64,000 nucleotides of DNA from Patescibacteria group bacterium (GTDB lineage: Bacteria; Patescibacteriota; Microgenomatia; Levybacterales; GWA1-39-11): the NCBI GenBank assembly GCA_035549295.1, contig DASZRG010000039.1:31-64030 (forward strand). Direction: 5' to 3'. Below the pieces are notes generated by a model. It ran no database searches. It was not told where the DNA came from and saw only the letters and a program-made list of their open reading frames with translations. Each line of letters begins with the position of its first letter. The stretch's first letter is position 1. A program made the translations under genes and the position numbers. Positions 1 to 9,113 of this stretch are shown here, piece by piece.

Positions 1-470
1 ATAAGCGCAAGTTTGATGAGTACTATATAGTAACTTGTAAGTGATTCGGAGTATGGGTCATTTCTCGTTTTCCTATATGTTGGAATAAAAGATATAACTT
101 CAGAAATTGTAACAATAGCTAGCGAAATAACAGGAAAATTTCGGACTAACACATACGTTAAAACTCCAATTACTGAAATGCTTAGACAAATCTTGTCCAG
201 GAATACAATATCTTTTGTCCCGTATCGAAAACAATAAAACAGAATAACAATATCAATTAAGTCTCCTATAAATGTTGGAATTGCACCAACTCCAGCGCCA
301 CCAATTAGCTGGATATACGCAACTATTGAAGTTACAAGCACAATACTTACCCATGTATACAAATGTGGCCTATTTTTACCTCGGAACATATCAACCAAAT
401 AAGGAATGTATGCAACAACTGCAATCATCGAAGCAACACTAGAAGCAATAACCTTCAAATCAACATTCAT
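1..470 (-). CDS. Multi-pass membrane protein (PQ-loop-like), 3' end outside window
   Basis: Manual translation from ATG at 470: MNVDLKVIASSVASMIAVVAYIPYLVDMFRGKNRPHLYTW...; hydrophobic and open to the window edge; not in the ORF track. Confidence 0.7.
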   Translation of the reverse strand, partial: MNVDLKVIASSVASMIAVVAYIPYLVDMFRGKNRPHLYTWVSIVLVTSIVAYIQLIGGAGVGAIPTFIGDLIDIVILFYCFRYGTKDIVFLDKICLSISVIGVLTYVLVRNFPVISLAIVTISEVISFIPTYRKTRNDPYSESLTSYYIVLIKLAL

Positions 471-646
471 ACAACAATTATAGTGTAAACCCATCCACAA
501 TATTAACTCGTTAACCTACATTTTTATTATTTAAAGTATCTTTTGTTTAGGGTCTACTGTCTACCGACTACTGTAGACAATAAGCCAATATGCTTAATAC
601 TTTCTACTTAATACTAAATACTCGCTTATTCCATATTCACAATTAT

Positions 647-690
647 TTAGCTCGTGATACCCTTGATACCCTTGATACTTCTGATACCTT
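647..690. repeat. 9-nt-period GATAC tandem array
   Basis: TTAG CTCGTGATAC CCTTGATAC CCTTGATAC TTCTGATAC. Confidence 0.75.
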
Positions 691-744
691 TCCCCTAACC
701 CCTTGTATCCTAATCGCATAAGTATGCTATGCTATTAACTACCT

Positions 745-2145
745 ATGAAATACATCGTATTCACATTTGATGGATCAGGTACGCCAGTTGCACAACATCT
801 TCAATTGGAGGGTCAAGATGTTGTTCTCGCCATGGTCGAGAACATGAGGACTCTCGCACCTGACGATGACGAATATGTTGAGGACAAAGCTGACAAAGAG
901 GCCAGACTCTCCATATTTGATGGTCTCATCAAGAAAAAAAGCGCAGAGGAAATTATCAAAGAAATGAAGAAATACAAAAATCCTCAGGACTATTTCTTGT
1001 ACTTTGATACTAATGGCCTCTATCCACTTGCAGAACAAGTCAAAGATCTTGGATTTCATGGTAATTTTCCAACTGAGGAAGATTATCAATATGAAGTTGA
1101 CCGTGACAAAGCAAAAGATTTTGTTAAAAAATATTATTCCAAACTCAATATCGCACGCAAGAAAGAATTTAAAAAGCCAGCTGATGCCAAAAAATTCCTC
1201 GAAGGCACTGATGAAGTATGGGTGCTCAAAGGAAATAGCGACGACTCAAATGCCTTTGTTCCTGACGTAGATGATCCAGTTCTTGCAGCCAAACAGGTGA
1301 TTGAAGCGCTCGACAAAGACTCAAGCACATATGAGTCTGAGGGATTTATTCTAGAACTTCTTATCCCATCAGTTATGGAAATTACGCCGGAGAAGTTATA
1401 TTACGACGGGGTACCAATCGCTATGTCGATTGATATTGAAAATAAGCCGATTGGCAGCGGAAATATTTCTGTCCAGACAGGATGCGCGGCAGATATGGTC
1501 TTCCCTATCGCAGAAACTGACCGCATCGCCCAAATTGCTTTTCCGCCAATCGTTGACGAGCTAGCCAAAAAACACAAAGGGTTATTCTACTGGGATGCTT
1601 CAATTCTGATCAACAAGCGCGACGGAAAAATGTATTTTGGGGAGTTTTGCCCTAACAGACCTGGCTACAATGCTTCATTTACCGAATTCGCCCAGTGTGG
1701 CAGCGTACACGATTTTTTTGAAAAAGTCTCACAGCAAAAAAACCCATTCACCCTTGGCACAGTAGCTACTTCTATACGTATATTTAATTTACACCGTGAT
1801 ATTGATACTCAACAAACACTTGGAGGTCTTGCAATTCATTTTGCCCCAGAAGTTGAGAAAGACATATGGCTTTGGGACGTAAAAAAGAAAGGACAAAAAA
1901 TGGTTAATATTGGGTACGGTGATATTATTGCCGTTGTTACTGGTACCGGCGACTCAGTTGAAGAGGCAGTCAATAGAATGTATCGTAATTTGGATAAATT
2001 TTCGTTCTTAGGGGCATATTACAGACCAAAAGCAGACTATGTATCACTTGGCTACTCTACTTCAATTCTTAATCGTTTAAATTACGGAATGGAACGAGGA
2101 CTTTACCAGATACCGTTCAAAGTTAAAGTAGGCAATCTTCTGTAA
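745..2145 (+). CDS. PurD-like ATP-grasp ligase (phosphoribosylamine-glycine ligase fold, divergent)
   Basis: EVDRDKAKDF, WVLKG, ENKPIGSGNISVQTG and GEFCPNRPGY align with PurD motifs; C-terminal VTGTGDSVEEAVNRMY...YYR resembles GARS_C. Confidence 0.7.
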   Translation: MKYIVFTFDGSGTPVAQHLQLEGQDVVLAMVENMRTLAPDDDEYVEDKADKEARLSIFDGLIKKKSAEEIIKEMKKYKNPQDYFLYFDTNGLYPLAEQVKDLGFHGNFPTEEDYQYEVDRDKAKDFVKKYYSKLNIARKKEFKKPADAKKFLEGTDEVWVLKGNSDDSNAFVPDVDDPVLAAKQVIEALDKDSSTYESEGFILELLIPSVMEITPEKLYYDGVPIAMSIDIENKPIGSGNISVQTGCAADMVFPIAETDRIAQIAFPPIVDELAKKHKGLFYWDASILINKRDGKMYFGEFCPNRPGYNASFTEFAQCGSVHDFFEKVSQQKNPFTLGTVATSIRIFNLHRDIDTQQTLGGLAIHFAPEVEKDIWLWDVKKKGQKMVNIGYGDIIAVVTGTGDSVEEAVNRMYRNLDKFSFLGAYYRPKADYVSLGYSTSILNRLNYGMERGLYQIPFKVKVGNLL

Positions 2146-2146
2146 A

Positions 2147-2584
2147 TTATCTTACTTTCCAGTTCTTGTTAGATTTTCTAGCAATTTTTTTCTTTGAAGG
2201 CTTTAATTTAACCTCAACGTTATAGACCTCTTTTTGGTATTCTTTCCAATCTAGCCCCATATTTTCGATAAATTGGCGCTCTATGTTGTTGGCCATTCTG
2301 TGATATTTACAATATAGCTTATATTGCTCGGGATACTTTTCCTGAGTTGTCTCATTTGTATCAAAACCATCTATCATTTTGACAGGGATACCTGCTGACC
2401 TAATAAGCGTATACTCTATAAATTCATGAAGCATAATCCCATTGTTATAAATAGGATTCTTCATGTCATACGAAATAATCGTGGAGTCAAAATAGTCCCC
2501 GACGTCATCGTACCTCATCGATTTACTAACTTTGAATTTAATCTTAGAGTAATCCACTAATTTGGCTAGATCTTGCTTTTTCAT
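2147..2584 (-). CDS. Hypothetical protein with MRYDDVGDY and LHEFIE motifs (possible metal binding)
   Basis: 145-aa ORF; TATAAT 8 nt upstream of ATG. Confidence 0.65.
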   Translation of the reverse strand: MKKQDLAKLVDYSKIKFKVSKSMRYDDVGDYFDSTIISYDMKNPIYNNGIMLHEFIEYTLIRSAGIPVKMIDGFDTNETTQEKYPEQYKLYCKYHRMANNIERQFIENMGLDWKEYQKEVYNVEVKLKPSKKKIARKSNKNWKVR

Positions 2585-2735
2585 AGGCTTATATTATACC
2601 TCACAGGCACGGAGTTGTAAATAAGTCATTTTTGAGGCTAGAAGGCCAATTTCTCAGATTTAAACCTATAGTTTAAGGCTGATAAGTCTTTTAGAAGCTC
2701 CTGGACTTTATCCAGGCACGAATTGAGGCTAAATT

Positions 2736-4097
2736 CTACTCCGTAGTTTCATTCTGTGGCTGATCAATTGTCCTATTTCTTCTTGCTCGATCCATAAGCC
2801 TTATGGCCATTTTGCCGTCGGGTAAAATTCCAAGCCAGATCTGCTCTATTGATGTTACTTCACGGCCTTTTACATACATCTTAACAGATCCACATATGTC
2901 TGTTGCACCTCTCATTGAAACCATCTCTACCTTCATTTCAACTTCATCTCCTGGGAAAATAAATCCGCCTTTTCCACCCCCTGTAAAATCAACCTCTCCA
3001 CTCAGGCCATCAAGCGTTGCAGCAGCGCCTACGGCGTCTGGCTCAAGTCCCATGAATAGAAGGCCGACTGCTTGCCCTGCCATTTCAATACGCTCATGTG
3101 CAGGTACCAGTTTCCCACCATATTCTTCTTTAAAATGGCCTACTGCATCCTCGTCACGTGCTGTATACCAGGCTGTTCCAGACATTCTGTCAGCTGACGA
3201 CTCCCACCTATCAACCATGACCCTATTTCTGACTGAGTTATCGTACATCTCAAGCTTTGCCTCAATTTGTGCTCTATCAAGGATTACTGGACCAATATGC
3301 TCAGGCGGAAGAGGTTCCGCATTGTCACCTCCAGCAAAATAGACCTCTCCAGAATCGTGAGCTGAAAGCAAAAACTCGCGAAGACTGTCCCCGGTCTCCT
3401 TAGGAGTAGGCGATTTACCCTCTCGCTCCTCCATTGCCTTCACACCATCTTTAGAAATGTGAGACATTACGGAATAAGCCCCAGTTTCAGATACAAGGCG
3501 GGTTGAAAAAACGCTTAGGCGGTTTCCTTTTTTAGCCATTTCGTCACGCTTGGCGAGAAGTGAATCCTCTCCTGCTCTTTTTGACCTTGCAATTTCTCGG
3601 TAGAAAGGCGGAATTCGGACTGCACCATATCCATGTGCCCAATTACTTGTTACTAAGACCGTATCAGAATCTGAGTTCATGTGAGGAAGAGCCTCGTCCA
3701 GCAAGTCTACCTGGGCATAATTATTAATAACGTCTGCATATCCGTAGTCCTTATCTTTTTCGAAACCACCAGCCGCATTCAGAACCAAAACATCTATTCC
3801 CTGTCCCAAATCTGTGGCGGCATTAACGAGTGCTCTTCTCCCGTCCGCAGTAGTTATATCTGCCCGAACGGATACAAACTTCCCACCCATTGCCTCAATC
3901 TCTGTTCCAAGCGTATTTTGACGCTTTTCACTACCTTCACTCACATAACAACCAACAACAGTTGCGCCGGCTTCAGCAAGAGACAATGCAGTACCACGGC
4001 CTATTCCACGAGAGGTTCCTGTTATTACTGCTACTTTACCCGCAAGAGGTTTTATTTCTTTTATATCTGGGTTGGGCGTTAATTCAGATTCTGACAT
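2736..4097 (-). CDS. SDR oxidoreductase fused to a C-terminal FabA/FabZ-like hotdog domain
   Basis: TGTSRGIG, LVLNAAGG and YREIARSK (SDR); GHFKEEYGGKLVPAHERIEMAGQA and FIFPGD resemble FabZ GHFP...PG...EAMAQ and V.PGD. Confidence 0.75.
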   Translation of the reverse strand: MSESELTPNPDIKEIKPLAGKVAVITGTSRGIGRGTALSLAEAGATVVGCYVSEGSEKRQNTLGTEIEAMGGKFVSVRADITTADGRRALVNAATDLGQGIDVLVLNAAGGFEKDKDYGYADVINNYAQVDLLDEALPHMNSDSDTVLVTSNWAHGYGAVRIPPFYREIARSKRAGEDSLLAKRDEMAKKGNRLSVFSTRLVSETGAYSVMSHISKDGVKAMEEREGKSPTPKETGDSLREFLLSAHDSGEVYFAGGDNAEPLPPEHIGPVILDRAQIEAKLEMYDNSVRNRVMVDRWESSADRMSGTAWYTARDEDAVGHFKEEYGGKLVPAHERIEMAGQAVGLLFMGLEPDAVGAAATLDGLSGEVDFTGGGKGGFIFPGDEVEMKVEMVSMRGATDICGSVKMYVKGREVTSIEQIWLGILPDGKMAIRLMDRARRNRTIDQPQNETTE

Positions 4098-4169
4098 AAG
4101 AAGTTAGAATAAGTGCAATATACATCAATAGATTTTGTTATGCAATATATAACACTAATCTACTGGAGG

Positions 4170-4769
4170 CTAAGAGTTTATATCGTGGGTTTCGACATTT
4201 CCTGCACGTCTGTATTTTGCGAAAATTACACCAGTTGGAGTTACTTTCGATTCTAAAAGCTCAAAAGCATAAGGCTTGGTACCATCCTCGAATAGTCTTT
4301 TCCCACTCCCTAGAGTGATAGGAAATGTTTTGAGCCAAAACTCATCGATTAAATCATGCTCCATGAGTGTCTGGACTAGATTTGCGCTTCCATAGACCTG
4401 CAAATCAGGACCATCAGAATTTTTAAGCGCTTTAAGTCCCTCAACATCCTTTATCACTTCTGTATTTTTCCATTTCGGGTCTTTCAGAGTTGAAGAAACA
4501 ACATATTTAGTAATTTCATTTACCTGAGGCCAGGATTCTGTGTGTGTCGGCCAAAAATTAACCCATATGTCGTAAGTTTTGCGCCCCAAAAGCAGTGCTG
4601 CAGTCGCCTTCATTTGCTCATCCATCTCCCGTCCTCCTACTTCCCCTTCAAAAAGTGGACCCATCCACCCACCGTATTTGAAACCCTCAGCTGCATCTTC
4701 ACGTGAACCACCTGGCGCTTGGATAACGCCGTCAAGGGTCATGAATTCTAGAACAAAAATCTTTCTCAT
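4170..4769 (-). CDS. Dihydrofolate reductase-like / RibD C-terminal domain protein
   Basis: MTLDGVIQAPGG, LLGRKTY, GSANLVQTL, LIDEF, LGSGKRLF. Confidence 0.9.
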   Translation of the reverse strand: MRKIFVLEFMTLDGVIQAPGGSREDAAEGFKYGGWMGPLFEGEVGGREMDEQMKATAALLLGRKTYDIWVNFWPTHTESWPQVNEITKYVVSSTLKDPKWKNTEVIKDVEGLKALKNSDGPDLQVYGSANLVQTLMEHDLIDEFWLKTFPITLGSGKRLFEDGTKPYAFELLESKVTPTGVIFAKYRRAGNVETHDINS

Positions 4770-5111
4770 TTAGTCTATTCTCTTGTGCTGCTCAGGATAC
4801 CATGCGGGTGAGCAAGAAATAATGAGCGTAAAATCCCCTTCCCAGGAGAATTTCTCACCTGGCTCGATTAGGACTTCTGAACCTTCATTAAGCTGGTATT
4901 CTTCGCCTTCCACGAAAATCTTACCAGACCCTTTTAAAACATATGCAAGTTCTTTGCATACGGTGTTCATAGCAGATCCACTCACGGGATATTTACCAAC
5001 CACCTCAACATAAGCGGCATCTATGTCCTTTTCGCCCAATGGATATTCATAAGCAACAACCGTCTCTCCGTTTTGAAGCTTTTTAGCCTGATCTTTTGAT
5101 GCAATCTTCAT
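4770..5111 (-). CDS. Cupin domain protein
   Basis: ELAYVLKGSG...LIEPGEKF...CSPAWYPEQH. Confidence 0.8.
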   Translation of the reverse strand: MKIASKDQAKKLQNGETVVAYEYPLGEKDIDAAYVEVVGKYPVSGSAMNTVCKELAYVLKGSGKIFVEGEEYQLNEGSEVLIEPGEKFSWEGDFTLIISCSPAWYPEQHKRID

Positions 5112-5140
5112 TTTTTTGTTTCAAAATTCATTCTACCGCT

Positions 5141-5512
5141 TTATTTAAAACTTTTCCACACGGGCCTCATAGCTAAATATAAGATTCCTAACACAATAAC
5201 GTTTACCCCCAGAACGAACAACAAACTTTCAGATACTATGATTATATTCGAAATGATATTCAACTCATTTATTGCCGTTACTAAAAATATTATAACTGCT
5301 GAAGATAGGTAAAGAGTAACACCGATCTTTTTCCACATGAAAAGCTGAACTATCGCATAAATTTGCACAAAACCGGCCGCAATTCCGAAAATACTTATAT
5401 AGTTTTTTGTCAAACTTATAATAGGAAGATATGTGAGGGAATCAATCGTGATTGCTACTGAGAAGAGAAGTATTAAAACCAACCATGTTGTTAAAAAAAG
5501 TGATCTTTTCAT
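5141..5512 (-). CDS. Hypothetical 4-TM membrane protein
   Basis: Four hydrophobic segments; 4-nt overlap with upstream gene. Confidence 0.7.
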   Translation of the reverse strand: MKRSLFLTTWLVLILLFSVAITIDSLTYLPIISLTKNYISIFGIAAGFVQIYAIVQLFMWKKIGVTLYLSSAVIIFLVTAINELNIISNIIIVSESLLFVLGVNVIVLGILYLAMRPVWKSFK

Positions 5513-5898
5513 ATGTTTTTTGCTTTCGAATTCATCGCAACCGTTTCTCGTATAAGTTCTTTCAAACTCACCTCATTAATTGCATCATTCTCAGAAAAGT
5601 CTATTGCTCGAACAGATTTACTATCTAGTCGTGTATTGAACAGTTTTTTGGGATCTTTTATTAATGCACCTTTGGGAAACGTCAGACGCACAGCGCTTTT
5701 TAACGCCTCACCAATACAGATTATTCCGTCGTGGGACCAAACTGGTACTCCTTCGGGCTTTGAAGGCTTCTTCCATTTCACTTCCTCTATCAACTCTGGA
5801 TCTGCATCGTTAATTATTGTGCGGAGCTGCGACAACCTTTCGCCCCGCCAGTCGCTCATATTCTTGATGATGTTGTCAATTTCTTGAGAGGCACTCAC
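5509..5898 (-). CDS. DUF1801 (YdhG-like) protein
   Basis: DWRGERL, EEVKWKKPS..GVPVW, LTFPKGA...DPKKLFN. Confidence 0.85.
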   Translation of the reverse strand: MSASQEIDNIIKNMSDWRGERLSQLRTIINDADPELIEEVKWKKPSKPEGVPVWSHDGIICIGEALKSAVRLTFPKGALIKDPKKLFNTRLDSKSVRAIDFSENDAINEVSLKELIRETVAMNSKAKNI

Positions 5899-5925
5899 AA
5901 ATTTATTATAGCAAATGAGGCCAAA

Positions 5926-6114
5926 TTACCTAAAGTGAATAAAACTATAAATTCCAATAGCAACTATTTCAATTAGACTGATGAAAAATATCAATAGTCC
6001 TCGCGAGTGAATCCTCGCATTCTTTCCACTGTTTTGAATAGCACGATACAAAACGAAATTATTAATGGATATGACAAGAGCGGCAAAGAGGATAAGGCTT
6101 GTTCTAGGATCCAT
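5926..6114 (-). CDS. Small 2-TM membrane protein
   Basis: 62 aa, two hydrophobic helices, tightly coupled to upstream gene. Confidence 0.55.
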   Translation of the reverse strand: MDPRTSLILFAALVISINNFVLYRAIQNSGKNARIHSRGLLIFFISLIEIVAIGIYSFIHFR

Positions 6115-6115
6115 A

Positions 6116-6487
6116 TTATTTGAAGTAATTCATTTCCGGCCTCATGTCGATAAGCTCAAAAGCATTTTTCATCTCATCCGGAGTATTGATGCGGATGATT
6201 CTAAATTTACCCGATGTAGTTTTTTTAACATAATCCAGAGTAGTCTCGAGGACATGGACCAAGCCCCAATATATCCATTTTCCATCTCTGTTCTCAACGA
6301 AAAAATTTCTTGTTGGTGGTGTTTTATAAACTCTAATGTCTGGCTTATCGTGAAATTCAAAAATTTTATCTTTGAACTCCTCAAGGGTGTAGGGTTTATC
6401 TAGATGTTTCTCTAAAACGAGCTCTGATGGAAACCCTTGGTCTGAAGTCAACTGAAGCGTATCATTTAACTCTATAAAACTCCCCAT
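6116..6487 (-). CDS. Conserved hypothetical protein (IELNDTLQ...QGFP family)
   Basis: 123-aa ORF with TGgTATAAT 5 nt upstream. Confidence 0.75.
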   Translation of the reverse strand: MGSFIELNDTLQLTSDQGFPSELVLEKHLDKPYTLEEFKDKIFEFHDKPDIRVYKTPPTRNFFVENRDGKWIYWGLVHVLETTLDYVKKTTSGKFRIIRINTPDEMKNAFELIDMRPEMNYFK

Positions 6488-6608
6488 AACATATTATACC
6501 AGTTTCGGATATCTACCTCGCTGGATATGTTGAACGCATTCGAAGCTATATTAATAAGCAAATTGAAGCCGGCGAGGTTTTTTTATATAATGTAACGCGC
6601 TGCCACAT

Positions 6609-6679
6609 TGCTGAATCGTCTAATGGTAGGACAACGGACTTTGGATCCGTTTATTCTGGTTCGAATCCAGGTTCAGCAG
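6609..6679 (+). tRNA. tRNA-Gln(TTG)
   Basis: Acceptor TGCTGAA/TTCAGCA; anticodon arm ACGGA-CT TTG GA-TCCGT; GGTTCGAATCC T-arm; CCA not encoded. Confidence 0.93.
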
Positions 6680-6723
6680 CAATGTAAAGGTGTATAATCA
6701 GAGATGGTAAATGGTACCTTTTT

Positions 6724-8103
6724 ATGGCGGATAAGAAAATTACTTCAATTAATCCTTCAACCTACGAAACCCTCGGAGAGGTAGCTTACACTTCGGAAGA
6801 AGAAATCAAAAATATAATTGCAAAGGCTAATCAAGCACGAAAGGAATGGAAAGAATTAGGTCTTGGGGGAAGAGTAAAAGCATTAAGGAAAGTGTCAGAT
6901 AAATTAACTGAGAAAAAGGATGAACTAGCTAAATTAGGTGCTCAAGAAATGGGTATGCCCATTTCCCAAAGTAATGCAGATGTTCAAGATGGAATAAATT
7001 TCTTCAACTGGTATCTCGATAACGCATCAAAATACTTATCTCCAGAAGTTGTATATGAAGATAACAAGATTACTCAAACTGTCTACTATGAACCGATAGG
7101 GACAGCCGCCGTTATTACTCCTTGGAACTTCCCTGTATCAAATTTCGTTTGGGGTGCAGGGCAAAACCTGATTGCAGGGAATACGGTTATTTATAAGACA
7201 TCTGAAGAGTGTCCTCTATTTGGCAAGCTACTTGAAGAAACAATTAACAGCGCTGGGTTACCCGAAGGCGTTTTTTCAGAAATTTATGGTGACGGAACTG
7301 TGGGAGACTTCCTTACTCATCAAGATATAAATCTTATCAGCTTCACTGGTAGCACGAAGGTTGGTAAATACTTATATCAAGTGGGGGGAGAAAAATTCAT
7401 TAAAGTTGTCTGTGAGTTGGGTGGCTCTGCTCCTGGCATTGTTTTTTCGGATGCTGACCTGGATGAGGTAATTGAAGTTATCTATGGAAACAGATTCACT
7501 AACTGTGGACAGATGTGCGACGCCCTTAAGAGACTTATTGTTCATGACAGTATATTTGATAAAGTAGCAGAGAGATTAAGAAAAAAACTGGAATCTCTTA
7601 AAGTTGGAAACGCAGAAGATGAATCCACAGATATTGGACCATTAGTTGCAAAGAGACAGCTCGAGTTACTGGAGGAACAAATACAAGATGCAGTAGACAA
7701 GGGAGCAAAAGTAATAATTGGTGGTAAGCGACCTGAGGGTCTGAATGGGGCATATTACGAACCAACTATTTTAACTAATGTCACAAAGGAAATGAGAGTT
7801 TGGCAAGAGGAAGTCTTTGGCCCAGTGCTTCCCATCGTAGCCTTTGATACAGACGAGAAATCAGTTAAGATGGCAAATGATACAAACTATGGTTTGGGTT
7901 CTTATATTTACACAAAAGATAAAGAAAAAGCTCTTAAAGTGGCAACACAAATAGAAGCAGGAATGGTCAGTATTAATACTGCCAGCTACATTAACGCTTG
8001 CAGTCCATTTGGTGGATATAAAGATTCAGGTATAGGGCGAGAGCATGGTAAATTTGGATTTGCTGAATTGACTCAAGTTAAAGTCGTAGCAATAGAAAAA
8101 TAA
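6724..8103 (+). CDS. NAD(P)-dependent aldehyde dehydrogenase (SSADH-like)
   Basis: ITPWNFP, FTGST, ELGG, catalytic Cys in GQMC, EEVFGP, PFGGYKDSG. Confidence 0.93.
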   Translation: MADKKITSINPSTYETLGEVAYTSEEEIKNIIAKANQARKEWKELGLGGRVKALRKVSDKLTEKKDELAKLGAQEMGMPISQSNADVQDGINFFNWYLDNASKYLSPEVVYEDNKITQTVYYEPIGTAAVITPWNFPVSNFVWGAGQNLIAGNTVIYKTSEECPLFGKLLEETINSAGLPEGVFSEIYGDGTVGDFLTHQDINLISFTGSTKVGKYLYQVGGEKFIKVVCELGGSAPGIVFSDADLDEVIEVIYGNRFTNCGQMCDALKRLIVHDSIFDKVAERLRKKLESLKVGNAEDESTDIGPLVAKRQLELLEEQIQDAVDKGAKVIIGGKRPEGLNGAYYEPTILTNVTKEMRVWQEEVFGPVLPIVAFDTDEKSVKMANDTNYGLGSYIYTKDKEKALKVATQIEAGMVSINTASYINACSPFGGYKDSGIGREHGKFGFAELTQVKVVAIEK

Positions 8104-8168
8104 ATTAACCCTTAAGAACCAACAGGGTATCTGTAGAAGTTATCCTATGAGTGAGACAATTTATCGGG

Positions 8169-8534
8169 CTATTTTCTGAGGATTTTGGCCATTTCTTTTC
8201 CGCGCGCGAGCTCATCGATGAGCTTATCTATATATCGAATTCCCTGCATAGTAGGCTCTTTTATCTCTTCTACTCGAACTCCGCAAATAAGACCCGTGAT
8301 AAGTCGTCTATTGGGATTCAACTTAGGAGCATCACTCAAGAACTTTTCAAAAGTCGTTTCTTTTTTAAGTTCCGTCTCAAATTGCTTTTGACTATACCCT
8401 GTTAACCAGCAAATAACCTCGTCGACTTCCCCTTTTGTCCGGCCTTTCTTCTTAGCTTTCGCAATATACAATGGATAAACGCTCGCCACACTCATCCCAT
8501 AAATCCTTTGCCTATTCTTATCATCTCCGCTCAT
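8169..8534 (-). CDS. DUF2200 family protein
   Basis: [44 protein letters not shown]. Confidence 0.9.
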   Translation of the reverse strand: MSGDDKNRQRIYGMSVASVYPLYIAKAKKKGRTKGEVDEVICWLTGYSQKQFETELKKETTFEKFLSDAPKLNPNRRLITGLICGVRVEEIKEPTMQGIRYIDKLIDELARGKEMAKILRK

Positions 8535-8597
8535 ATTGACATTTTATCATTTTGTTTATGCATCAAATAGCTTAAGAACTTTTGATATACTTCAGTA

Positions 8598-9038
8598 ATG
8601 TCTGATGTGAAACGTTTTTTGCTTAGATCTGCGGTTTACCTAATTCCAATCAAAGACAATAAGATTTTACTTGCGAAAAGATTTAATACTGGATGGATGG
8701 ACGGAATGTATAGTTTGATCTCTGGGCATCTAGATGGAAATGAATCTGTGACTTCTGCGATTATTCGAGAGGCTTACGAAGAGGCAAAAATTAAAGTGGC
8801 GAAAAATGATTTAGAACCCGCCACAGTTCTCCACAGGAAGTCAGATCAAGAATACGTGGACTTCTTTTTTGTCACAAAGCGTTGGGACGGAGAACCATCC
8901 ATTGGCGAACCAGATAAATGCGACGACTTAAGATGGACATTAATAAATGATCTTCCAGATAATACTCTCCCATATATAAAAGACGTTATAGATAATTACA
9001 GAAATCGTGTTGCGTTTTCAGAAAGTGGCTGGGAATAA
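8598..9038 (+). CDS. NUDIX hydrolase
   Basis: Nudix box GHLDGNESVTSAIIREAYEEAKI; EPDKCDDL. Confidence 0.9.
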   Translation: MSDVKRFLLRSAVYLIPIKDNKILLAKRFNTGWMDGMYSLISGHLDGNESVTSAIIREAYEEAKIKVAKNDLEPATVLHRKSDQEYVDFFFVTKRWDGEPSIGEPDKCDDLRWTLINDLPDNTLPYIKDVIDNYRNRVAFSESGWE

Positions 9039-9113
9039 ACTCTTACAAAATCGATCATTTTGATATATCCTGCAAAATCTCATTTTTATATATCGTCTTG
9101 ATATACTATAGCT

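Noticed and set aside
745-2145. Calling this gene purD
   Set aside because: Signature motifs are altered and there is no purine-pathway context
6515-6578. 10-bp imperfect inverted repeat ACCTCGCTGG/CCGGCGAGGT upstream of tRNA-Gln
   Set aside because: Single copy with no target-site duplication; cannot be separated from chance
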